Below, in pieces: positions 36,701 through 48,010 of a DNA stretch of 64,000 bases. Position numbers and translations under genes: made by a program. The first letter of the stretch is position 1; every line of letters begins with the position of its first letter. Origin of the DNA: Nemertoderma westbladi (taxonomy: Eukaryota > Animalia > Xenacoelomorpha); assembly GCA_032718475.1 (NCBI GenBank), contig JAUCBJ010007224.1, positions 62,001 through 126,000 of the forward strand, written 5' to 3'. The notes beneath the pieces are model-generated. The model searched no databases. It saw only the letters and a program-made list of their open reading frames with translations, and was not told the DNA's origin.

Positions 36701-38577
36701 CCTTGCGAATTGGAAGCACTCGCCATCGCCGCAGCTGTTCATCACTTCGCTCCCTATATCACTCACGCTACTACCCGCACGTCCGTTGTCACCGATAGTA
36801 AACCCTGCGTCCAGGCGTTCGCTAAACTTACTCGTGGGGCTTACTCCAACAGTCCGAGACTCACTACCTTCCTCGCCACGGTGAGCCAGTTCTCCCTCCT
36901 CGTGGTCCATATCCAGGGTTCGCGCAACCTACCAGCCGACTTCCAAAGTCGCAGTATTCCCGAGTGTGTTAATCCACAGTGCCAGGTCTGCGACTTCGTT
37001 AATCAGCTCGCCGACGAACCCATCATCCGTACGGCGGGTCTCACCAAAGACCCCCCCCCTCCAGCGCGTCCCTTGTACGCCACCCGTAGTACCTGGCTCG
37101 TCACCCAGCAGGAATGCGCATCTATCCGTCGCGCCAAAGCGCACCTCGCACAGGGCACGCGTCCATCCAAGAAGGAAACGACCATCCGCGACGTTAAGCG
37201 GTACATCGGCTGCGCGTCCGTCGCCATGGACGGACTCCTCGTTGTTCCTCGACACACCGCGTCCTCGACTCCACGGGAAATGATCATTGTCCCTCGCCAT
37301 GCGCTCCCTGGTCTCCTTACGTCACTGCACCTCGAGTTGCAGCACCCGTCGCGTACCCAGCTGCGCATTACGTTTCTGCGGTACTTCTACGCCCTCGACA
37401 TGGAAGAAGCCATCACATCCATCCACTCGCAGTGCGCCCAATGCGCCGCGCTGCGTTCCGCCCCACGGCGATCCATCGAGCAGTCGTCCGGTGACCCTCC
37501 GGCCGCCATCGGAATCGCATTCGCTGCCGATGTCATCCGTCGCCATCGACAGTTCACCCTCATCCTCCGCGAAACCGCCTCGTCGTACTCCGCTGCCATG
37601 TTCCTCTCTGATGAGCAACACACAACGTTGCGGGATGGCCTCCTCACGTTGTGCGTCGGTATGTGCCCCCTTAGCGGCCCCCACGCAGTCATTCGTACCG
37701 ATCCCGCACCCGGATTCCGTGCGTTAGTCGGCGACAAAGTTTTATCTGCCCACCATATCCGTATTGAGTTGGGACGCGCCAAAAACAAAGACAAAAATCC
37801 GGTCGCGGAACACGCCGTCCGCGAATTAGAAGATGAACTCCTTAAACTCCATCCGTCCGGGGGACCCTACTCCGCTGTGTCTCTCGCCCTTGCCATCGCC
37901 CGGTTAAATGCGCGTATCCGGTCGCATCCGCCCGAGAAATCCTGCTCCAACGCGATCAGTTTACTGGCGCTCAACTCCCCCTCATCGACTCTGAGCTTAT
38001 CGACCAGCAACATCGCCGTCGTTTGGCCAATCATCCCCATAGTACACAGTCCAAAAATCCGCATCCCAGTCGCTCCGCTATAGATACTCCGTTAGAAGTA
38101 GGAGATATCGTCTACCTCCACGCCGATTCGCCGCAACTACAGGGCCGACCCCGGTACATTGTAGCGACAACGGACCAATCCTGGGTAAGTGTCCGGAAGT
38201 TCGTCGGTCGCCAACTGCGTTCGCAGGCATATCGGGTTCCGCGGTCCGAATGTTACCGCGTACCCTACCGCGATACCTCGGTACCTGCAGTCGACGAACC
38301 CTCGTCCAACGACGATGACGAGGGGTCTGCGGGTCTACCTCCCCCGCAACCAGCCGACACCGAACCGCCGGGTGAGCGACATTACCAGGCCGCTCCTCTG
38401 GTACCTTCTGTGCGTCCAACTACACCCCCTCCGGCACCAGCGCGCTCCCCGTCACCCTCTTCTTCCCTAGACGAGGTGTTCCTCGGGTTCGACGATGTGG
38501 ACAACGTTCCTCCACACACCCGGCGTCCTCAGCGTCATACGCGCCCACCAGACTACTATGGGTTTCCTCTACCATGA
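33725..38577 (+). CDS. Single-ORF Gypsy gag-pol with one frameshift near 37925
   Basis: Zinc knuckle CPLC..H....C, protease LLDSGA, RT KTDLTSAFYQ..LADD, RNase H TDAA..DSKP and integrase AAD/TD/AE. The frame continues as SAREILLQRDQFTG into ORF 38023..38577. No 5' LTR seen. Confidence 0.9.
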
Positions 38578-39008
38578 TTACACCACAATACTAAAGTTTT
38601 CCTATGTGTTTATGGTATCCCGTGCGTTACAGCGGCCATTACTATTGGTCCTTAGTTTGTTTGCATTATTTGCATCCCTTTAGTATAGTCCTTGTTTTGC
38701 CAGTCTGTTACAATCCGCTTTAAACTCGTCGTAGTATTTGAGAAACTGACTGACCTTGTCCGTACGAAACTGAAAATAACTTAGTTAGACGTATTCAAGC
38801 GTTGTTCATTCTATTTGTAGTATTATTAGTAGGAAAGCCGATCGGTGGTTAAATGTCCTTATTTAATTGTGCATACAGTTGTAGTATAAAACGTACCATA
38901 CCTATTCGCGAGAAACTGAAAGTAAGTTAGGTAGGCCTTACTTATCATTAGTCAATGCCGGCACCCTTTTTATATTTGCAATTCATAAAAGGGCAGAACT
39001 ATCTATCG

Positions 39009-39345
39009 AAAGGTAAAGTAGAAAGAAAGAAAAAAAGGGATCACGCCAGCCAACCGTCAAGCCGGTTGACAGACCTTGTGTGGTCACTAGTTAGATCACA
39101 CCGGGTGACGTCATACTGCTAGGTGTAAGACCGGTCCCCCGGTGAGCAGGGATCAGACTATCTGATTACCTGGCTCTGCACACTTGCGGAGCTGTATCAC
39201 CCTTACCCTGACTGCTGGATAGCAGACCTGCTCTGTTACCGTGATACTGCTTATGTGTATGACCGTATTGCTACTGTAGCCATTTACCTATGTTATATGT
39301 AACATTATTACCCGGTATCAGTTATACGTTAATACACCAGTTACC
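39009..39345 (+). repeat. Polypurine tract and probable 3' LTR remnant of the 33725 element
   Basis: AAAGGTAAAGTAGAAAGAAAGAAAAAAGGGA at about 39009-39040, followed by non-coding sequence. No second copy confirms the boundaries. Confidence 0.35.
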
Positions 39346-39349
39346 TACG

Positions 39350-40850
39350 TGTCCGCGACACTTGTTCCTTTTACCCTCTGGCGTTGGGTTCTTATCCATT
39401 TCTTGTTCAGCAGTGGGATTATCATTGTCACAACCATCATCAGGAAAGATCTCTCAGTATGCGCTGTTGTTCATTGGCTTCCTCCTATCCAATGTAATAC
39501 TGCTTGCTGCATGTGTTCTAACAACAGTGGTATAGAATCAGCTCCATGCCAAGATGACATCGAATCCCACCAAGATTGACCATTTGAAGGAATGAGGTCG
39601 TGTGAAGATCGGAAAGGCTTGGTCAGGATTAAGGCAAGTTGAGCGTATTTATCATGTTCCAATTCATTCCGTCTATCAGGCAACCGGGGGCCAATTATAT
39701 CCGGAATTACATTGGTTTTTCATTTAACAACGCCATGAGTCAATCATTGTAGGTGTAGAATTCGGAATTTGAGAACTTCACCTGTTTTCCCCACAATAGA
39801 GACCTTCTCATACTGCTCCACAAAATCATACAGACTAACGTTGTCGAGTCCATCAGGGCGGTTGCAGTAGTCTTCCCACTGGGTGACTGATATGTATTCC
39901 CCAGTTTGGTGATCTCTTTCAAGCAGGGTCTCATATTCCTCCTTCTGAAGAATCGCATATGCTTGTGATAGGAGCAACGTTGAAAACCTATGTGATACAT
40001 ATGTTAGTTGCCCCTTCCATTCGATAAAGAAGGCAGCGAGAGGTGCAGATATTTCCTGTTTACTACTGATCGTATAAACAATGCTGTTAAATCAGTTTCG
40101 CAGCAGCAGCGTGGGAATGAGACGTATTTAAGTCTTCCAAGGCTTTTTTCCGTCGAACGCTGCTAGGATCATCTCAGTCTGACTCTCCACACTTTGCTGA
40201 GCAAAGTTCTCGAGCAGCTCGAGTAACACAGGAACATAAGAGTTTATATATTCGTTTCCTATGACTCTAGCGTGTTCCACTTGACCATCTTCGAAGGTTG
40301 TAATCTCCACTGGTCCTGTCGTGACATATTTGACAACATAAAACGCCAGAAGTGAACCAGCTGCACCAATGAGAATTCTGCAGTCATGATTACAACGAAG
40401 CAGCTCGAGTAACACAGGAACATAAGAGTTTATATATTCGTTTCCTATGACTCTAGCGTGTTCCATATGTATCGATTGGAATGGATGTCTTTATAACAGT
40501 GTCGGCGAACTCAATTAACTTTCCCTTAGAATCTGAATCCAGATCTTTAAACTGATGCGAAGTGGCTGGGAAACCGTAAATCCAGATTAGGGAATGTAGA
40601 TGTAAGGCGCCACGGCCTGCAGTTTCGGGAAGAGCAAAGAATGCCTACGTATAACCGAAAAGGCCACGTTCATTTCCGCTCTCGTTAGCCAAATACCATT
40701 CGAGAACATTGCGAATTAAGTGCGTGACCAAGCGATTGAAATACTTTTCAGCCGCATGTGGCCTGTACCGAGCGCTGCAAACCGATCTACGGGTGTAGGG
40801 AAGTCATCCGTATCGTTGAACTGAACAGATATATCCTTCACATCGCCTCT
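39350..40850 (-). pseudogene. Helitron Rep remnant
   Basis: HUH motif ETAGRGALHLHSLIW (~40580-40627), INSY..LLRCNHD..YVVKYVT, DYCNRP..SLYDF and LILTKPFR. Many frameshifts and an internal ~67-bp duplication (40214-40280 / 40399-40465). Confidence 0.85.
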
Positions 40851-40941
40851 GCATATTTGAAAAGTAGAATAAAAATAATTATGAGTTTAGTTAATAATAA
40901 TAAAATTCTTTAAATATATATAATAAAAGGGCGCTCATTAA

Positions 40942-41730
40942 CTAACCTATTAAACCCGGGGGGGGGGGGGGTCAATATGACCTCCCCGCACCCGTGTTTT
41001 TTTTGTTATAAGTTATAACTCTGAAACGAACGCGTTGCGAATCTGACATTTTATGACTTTTCCTAAAAATCTATTGTCTTCCCAATTGTGAAAACAGTTT
41101 TCAAAAATATTGGGAAGTCTTCGAGTTATAACACCATTATTTAACACAACTTTTGGCACTTTTTTGAGACTTTTTTTGAAAATTACATTTCATGAAATAT
41201 GATTTGTAACATCTCTATTTTCTATTTACACCGGCTTTTTGGTGTTTGCAATTAGATGGAATTCATATAAATTAATGTAGAAATTTCAAACTTGTTTTTT
41301 TCATCGGGTGCCAAATTTTGGTGCCAGTACCAAATTTTTAATTATGTCAAAGTTGAAAATTGATTGTTTGAACCTGTTTTTTACACAATTGGGGTTTTTT
41401 GGGGTTCTGGTTTCAATGGAATATATACGAGTTGCACCAGGCGTATCAAACTTGTATTTTTCGGTGCTGTGTGCTAAATTTGGTGCCAGCACGAAATTCT
41501 GAAAATCCATTCAATTGCTTGTGACACCTTATTTCTCGCGTTTTAGAGGTTTATGGCGTAAGAGTTTTTGTATTTTTCGGGTTAAAATTGTTGTACCAGC
41601 ACCAAATTTTTAAAAATAAGCAAATTTATCAACATATATTATCACATTTAAAACAGCACTATCTCAAACCTGTACTATTTCGTCATGGATACGAAATTTG
41701 GTGCTAGCACCAAATCTTTATAAAAGAAAT
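40942..41730. mobile_element. Non-autonomous DNA transposon fragment (G-run hairpin family)
   Basis: CCCG-run-TCAATATGACCTCCCC hairpin and repeated TTTGGTGCYAGYACC motifs, shared with 63090-63450. Confidence 0.65.
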
Positions 41731-42309
41731 CCAAACATAACCTTATACAACGCCGATTTATGACCATGTATTAAAATTAAACTGTATGCTAATCCAATGC
41801 TCGTTTACTTTGTGGCTCGCCCTACATTTTAGAAATAAATGTATACCATGTCCCGGTATACCATGTCATCTGAATTCCAGTCAGACAATAAATGTGAACT
41901 ATGCCGTAAGAGAAGTTCATCGTCGCATCCTCACATTCGTTGTAACATCTGCGCTTGCGTTGCAGATATTACGTCACCTGCAAATATAATTAACCAAAAA
42001 AAATATAATTAAATAATCATAAAAAATTACTCACTACATTTCAATATACTGCGTAGCAAAAATCGTCATATCAAATAATAAGTGACAGAATAGATCTGCA
42101 ATAATAAATGTATAAGAAAGAGGAAATAGTTGTCCCATGATACGTATGGGGACGTTCATAAAGTATGTCAAGCAAATTTCCCCGATGTTTGACACCCCCC
42201 CCCCCCCATCTCTGTCACAAGGTGTCACGCAAGCTCCCCCATCTGTCACAATAGTAAATTTATAATACCCAGCCCCCGAGACAAAAAATATTTATGTCAA
42301 TAATACACA

Positions 42310-42878
42310 ATGTTTGTTATGCCAAAATACAACATCGGATTTCCCATATCACATTTCACACGGACAAGTCAAGTGTTCATCTATATATTAATAACAGGTA
42401 TTACAGAGTCGGAGTCAATGGATGCTATGTCCTCCCCAATAATCGAGGGTGGCGCTAAATATTCATCGTTTGTTATGCCAAAATACAATATAAATTCAAT
42501 CACTATCTACATTTTACAAGTCAAGTGTTCTTATTCTATATTAATAACAGGTATTACAGCGTTGGAGTCAATGGCTTCTATGTCCTACTCAATTTATCTA
42601 TTATACTCAATGTCATATGTCATATCATGTCAAATGTCATATTGTATAATGCGGCAGCAATATTTCTTCTTAACTCCAAGAGTGTAGCAGCAAGATTTAC
42701 AACTTCAGTGAGTTTACAAACACTAACACAGGTGTCCGTAGGGAGAACACTGATATTTTGTCGATGCTTATCTTTGCATATCGATATCGATATCGATGTC
42801 ATATCATGTCAAATGTCATATTGTATAATGCGGCAGCAATATTTCTTCTTAACTCCAAGAGTGTAGCAGCAAGATTTA
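42310..42878. repeat. Patchwork of short local duplications
   Basis: 42310-42432 resembles 42468-42585; 42617-42699 equals 42796-42878; 42700-42775 resembles 54710-54787. Confidence 0.8.
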
Positions 42879-43248
42879 ATGTTGCCTCTTCTTGCAATTC
42901 GAAATACAAAACTGCTGGAGTACCGTAACAGGATATGTTGTTATTTAGAAAGAACTCACGGAGACAATTCCAGGCAGCTATGGCCAACTTATCTCGGCTC
43001 TGCGTTCCTCCAGACTGCCACTGCATCTGTTCATTAGCGTATCATCACCTAATGAATTGGCATGTTGTAATAGCTGCTGTCTTCCTTAAACTCCTGGTGG
43101 TAGTAACCCAGCTTTAATGAATGATGTCTTCAGATTTGGAACACAGAAAATATCGTGTTCGGTTTCGAATGTTCCCATGCTCAAGATGAAACATAGCAGA
43201 AACTTTAGCAGAATTTACAGTATAATTAACATTAGTATTATTGATGTT

Positions 43249-44495
43249 TGTTCGCGCTTTCAGACCTTTGGCAGTTTAACCCGCCAAATTAGGATGTCTT
43301 CTAGATAATAAATCGCTTTAGCCTCTAACAAGTATTTGATTCACTACACTAGTTGAAACCAATCTGTGCGCGATCATTCACCCGTTGGATATACTCGGGA
43401 GATTGATTTCGACAGCTTAATCGTATTGCTATGTAAGCCTAATGTATTATTCGACTGACAGTATTATATAATCTCTGACAATATTATTCACCTTCGGGGA
43501 ATATTAACAGTTCCTTTAGGACGTGGCGCTCTATCTATATAAACAGAGTTATGACTTAAACTACTCACAACGATATGGCTCAGTTACAATTCACATATAT
43601 GGCGCATTCTTTAGGAAATGCTTCGTTATCAGTCTCACTCATACACAATGCTGCACAATACTGCACACTGATCTGCCGATCTTCACTGATTTTAGTCACA
43701 TATAAAAGGAACACGGACCGAATCATGTAGGGTCTATCAAATAACATTAGATTCACTTCAAACCACTCAACATAGGTCGCAATCATTTATCTGTAACCTT
43801 TCTCTCTTACCTTCGGTATATCAAGAATATTGGGTTTTCGGGGTTATTTGTCGTTATTCCAAATATAATAATTCATCAACCATATTATGAAGAACTGACA
43901 GTAAATAGCAGTATAACAATATAAAAGTATGCACAGTGTTACACAGTATGCAGTGTATGCAGTACTGCAGTATGCAGATAACGGATATATGTCCTTATAA
44001 TTAAGCCTACTAGTGTAAGGCTAAAGCAGATTAGCACAAAATACTCCAAAGCCGTTCTTCCTGGCTTAGAATAACCAACACTGAACACTGATAAGAATAA
44101 CTATAAGAATACCAGCTACCCTTATTCTACAAAGATCTCACCCACCACAGAGAATGAGCATACAGATAGGAAATTCAGTTCAGTAGATCTGTGATAGGTC
44201 AAAATCAAAACCAACTCAAATCCTATTGGCAGATACAGAAAGCAGGGCTATGGGGCAACGTGGCAATATCAGCCGTTAGCCGTCGTCATGGTAGCGACAC
44301 TGTTTTCAAGAGTATCGAGCTTTTTACGTCACGAAATTGTAGATTATGTCCTCTAAAGTACAAATACAGAAGAAATGGCTTTTATGTCCTCCAAAACACC
44401 AGTACAGCAAGGACACGGCCTTTTTATGCCTGGTAAACCAACCACAGAGTACTTTACGGGGATAATAACCGGCTAATAACGCAAAAGCTTTTACA
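43249..44495 (-). repeat. 3' LTR
   Basis: Direct repeat of 53324-54570. Confidence 0.95.
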
Positions 44496-47379
44496 CCGCT
44501 CCCAGAAAATGGGATTTAAGTCTATAAAATATAACAAATCACAGTTTCTAAAATATAAAGATACTCTAAACAGTTAGTCTTTCTTACGCAGATGGCGTTT
44601 ACGCAGTTTTTGAGGCTAGCAAGAGTCCTTTTCTCTTTGGGGCGAGCCACTTTACTAGGAGGGCTATAAATCCTGGGTGAAAGGTGCAATATGATGAAGG
44701 TGTAGGATTATGGTCGGGGTATCCGCCGTTTCGATATGCTTCTCCTCGAGCTGATTTTCCTCCGCTCGTAGCTGGATACGTTCATCCAAAACTCTCGCAG
44801 AGAATAGGGTTTTCTAAGCTTGATATCTTCTTAGAGATTCGAGATTTCCCAATCGAACTGAGATAAGGCCAATTCGTTTATCGATTGGACTTACTGTTAT
44901 AACTTACGTTTATCTGAACAAACGCAGGTTTCTTTTTTGATCTTTATAGAATAGCGTTTAACTCGTTTCGTACAACGCTCTCCTTCACCTTGATGAAGGG
45001 TTGTATCGCGTTAAACGGGAACGACCATACGGTTGGATAGTGATATTAGGTGTCCGCGTCACAATCCGGCTAGGTAAGATGGGCGGCTAGCTAGAAATCA
45101 CTGTCGGAGTGTTACCGATTAATTGTTAGGGTAGCACTAGATCTTTGAACAGTGAATACAGTCCGCGAGGATCCGCGACACCACCAGGATCGCAGGTCTG
45201 AGGTCCAACTAAGGAATGAGGAGGTTTGACCGAGTATTCAGGGACTCTGATCGTAGGTTTACTCCAGGATCGTTCGAGCCGAGTGAGCATAGGTGATACG
45301 TCAAACAAGTTTCGCTCGAAACTCCAGTAAATATAACGAGCACAACTGTGTTTAACACAACGTTTCCGTGGATGTTTATGTCTTTCCGTTTATTAGTTGG
45401 GTCTAGGGCATTTATCGTAATAATACCAAAGACGCACGTCTGGTAGGGGAAACGCGGATGATATTTATTTGTTGTTACAATGCTTCTATCAAGAATACCA
45501 AATATATGTTGGAGTTACCGCGTTTATTTGTTTCTTTAGTGTCTTTTCTTTCGAGTCGATTTCGAATAGAATTTTCGCATTCGAATTTCAGTTTATGGTT
45601 CCGACTCCGCTGGGCAGGATATATAGTCGACATAGTCCGTATTATGTAAATCGATAGGATGACCAGTAGTTAAGAAGACCATATACGTACCATTACGCTG
45701 CGTATATCGAGCAGCGAATTTTCTATAGTCCAACTCGCGCGAGCTGCTCTTGGGACATTGGCGGTTTGATATAACGACCATCGTCCTCCGCAGCAGTTGG
45801 ACTAACGTCGCCGCGTATTAAGCTATCAACAAACGCTTGTAAAAGTAGAGTATATCGCTCCCCGATACTAAGACCATCTTCTATCAACTCCGTCATATCT
45901 GCTATATATGAGTTTATCCATATTATAATGAGTTTATATTTAGGCGAGTGGGCGTCGCTGCCTACCCCAATCAACCCCCGGACAGTACGAGATCCTCAGC
46001 ACCGATGTGTCGTCGCCGCTGTACTTTCGCCAACGACGTAGCCGCACAACGACAACGACAACCGGCACAAGTCACTCGACTGTCCGTCCCAAAGGCTTAG
46101 ATACACCTCAGGTTCTTACTGGAGAGTTAGGGTTACTTTCACAATTGCGACTCGCTACTGTAAACACACCTTAGTAGTAACATTCGCCTATAAACTCACA
46201 AATACCACACACACAACTTGTCACAAATTACACACACTCGGGTCACTTGTCCGTTAGTCAATGCCTTCCAGAATGTCACTGTATTATTATGTATCCTTGG
46301 ATACTATCAGTGCACTATTTATTCCCTATGCTATTCAATGGGACAAGCTTTCTATTGTTCTCTTAACTCAATTCTAATTCTAGCGTGGTTGTTGCTATGG
46401 TGACATTATGTAAAGCTAGCGGTAGAATTAGGGTAACTCCAATGCATACAGATCTGGGATGTTATTTAATAGTAATTCTTTAATAGTCAATGTCCTGTTT
46501 TATACATGACTTTATGAATTTTATCGGCTATTGACTATGTTTGGGAGACTTCGCACACTCATGCTCATAATAAGATAAATCTCCGCTCCCTTGATCTATT
46601 AATTAATGGAATTTTGGGAATGTTATAAATTGCGTAAAAATGGCAATTTATTAAATTCATTAAAAGGCATGAATTTAAATTTATTCCCTGAAATTTTATT
46701 ATTTGATAATTAAATTGACATATTTTGATTCTAGAACATGTCTGGGGACACAAGATCCTTAATTCTATGACAATTGTCTTTTTAAGAATATCGGTAAATG
46801 CTACGATATCTTAATTGACTAGAATTGTTGAAGGATCTGAATATTACAGATATGCAGATATAGCTACTATATGTATTATTATATACGGTATGAGAGCAAT
46901 ATCGCACGAAGCAATGTCAGTGTGAAGAGGCAAGTCGTTTCCAAGGTCTACCCAGAGCTTGGTTTAGCCGAGACACGAGGATCTGAACTTTGCATTCCTA
47001 ATACTCTGCCTACCAATAATACTTAAATATAGTAGTGGCTTTATTGTACTTTAATAAGTACGGACATTTCATCTTACTGTAGTCACGTATTTATAATATG
47101 ATACGGACAGTAAGGAAAGAGGAAAATAATTATTTCTTGCCGTCGCCTTAAATATAATATATACGTAATTAAGTAATAAACGCGAATATATATTGCACTA
47201 ATCTACTAAATAATCGCTAAAATAACATTCTACTGAATAAAATTAAAGAAAACGATTATAATAAAATTACATAGTAATACATACAGAAATATAAAAATAA
47301 TAAAATAATATAAAATAATAGAGTCACGCACCCACTCCATATGTTGTTACGTTATGGAGTCCCTAGATGTTTGAAGGAT

Positions 47380-48010
47380 TAGGGAGGTGGTCGTGGGAAG
47401 AGAATCTTGCCTTCCACAGTTTCCGGAGAGTCCTCCATTCCCTTCCGGTAAACACAAACGACCGACTGGGTGATTGAGTCGCTGCATCCCGAATACAATT
47501 CCAGGTTTCCTCTTCGTCCTGGAATAGTGACGATAGAAACATCGCTCTAAGTACACGACGGCCTTACAAAGCCGATTCCAGGAGCTATAGTGGTCCGTCG
47601 CTCCCTGCAGGAGAGGTGAGAGTCCCTGCGAGACGTCTGATGTTCTAGAGCTCCAATCGCTCTCTCTGATCTTCATGAAGGATCCACTCGCGGTGGGGAG
47701 GTCCAGATCCACGGCGTCGTCCCTGGCAATATGTAATACCGACAGATCTATCCCGGGTTCAAATAACTCCGCTCCACCCGTCCGGGTTTTAGGTTTAACT
47801 TTCTCCGCTCCCTTGGCTGGTCTAATCTCAGTCGGAGTAAGATGGGGAGGCCATTCATCCTCCTTACTCAGGAAGTCGGGTTCACCTAACCGGTCTGTAG
47901 TATCTGTCAGTTCTTGAGGAGTTGCTCCTCTGGAAGCGATGTCAGTTGGATTAAACTTCTTGGGGCAATATCTCCATTGATCTACATTGGAGCTAATATC
48001 GTCATTATCT
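47380..48010 (-). pseudogene. BEL/Pao RNase H C-terminal remnant
   Basis: An alternative frame reads QWRYCPKKFNPTDIASRG..FLSKEDEWP..WNRLCKAVVYL; RT and integrase are absent. Confidence 0.8.

Noticed and set aside
33788-38470. Antisense and alternate-frame ORFs within the second Gypsy element
   Set aside because: GC-rich shadow ORFs.
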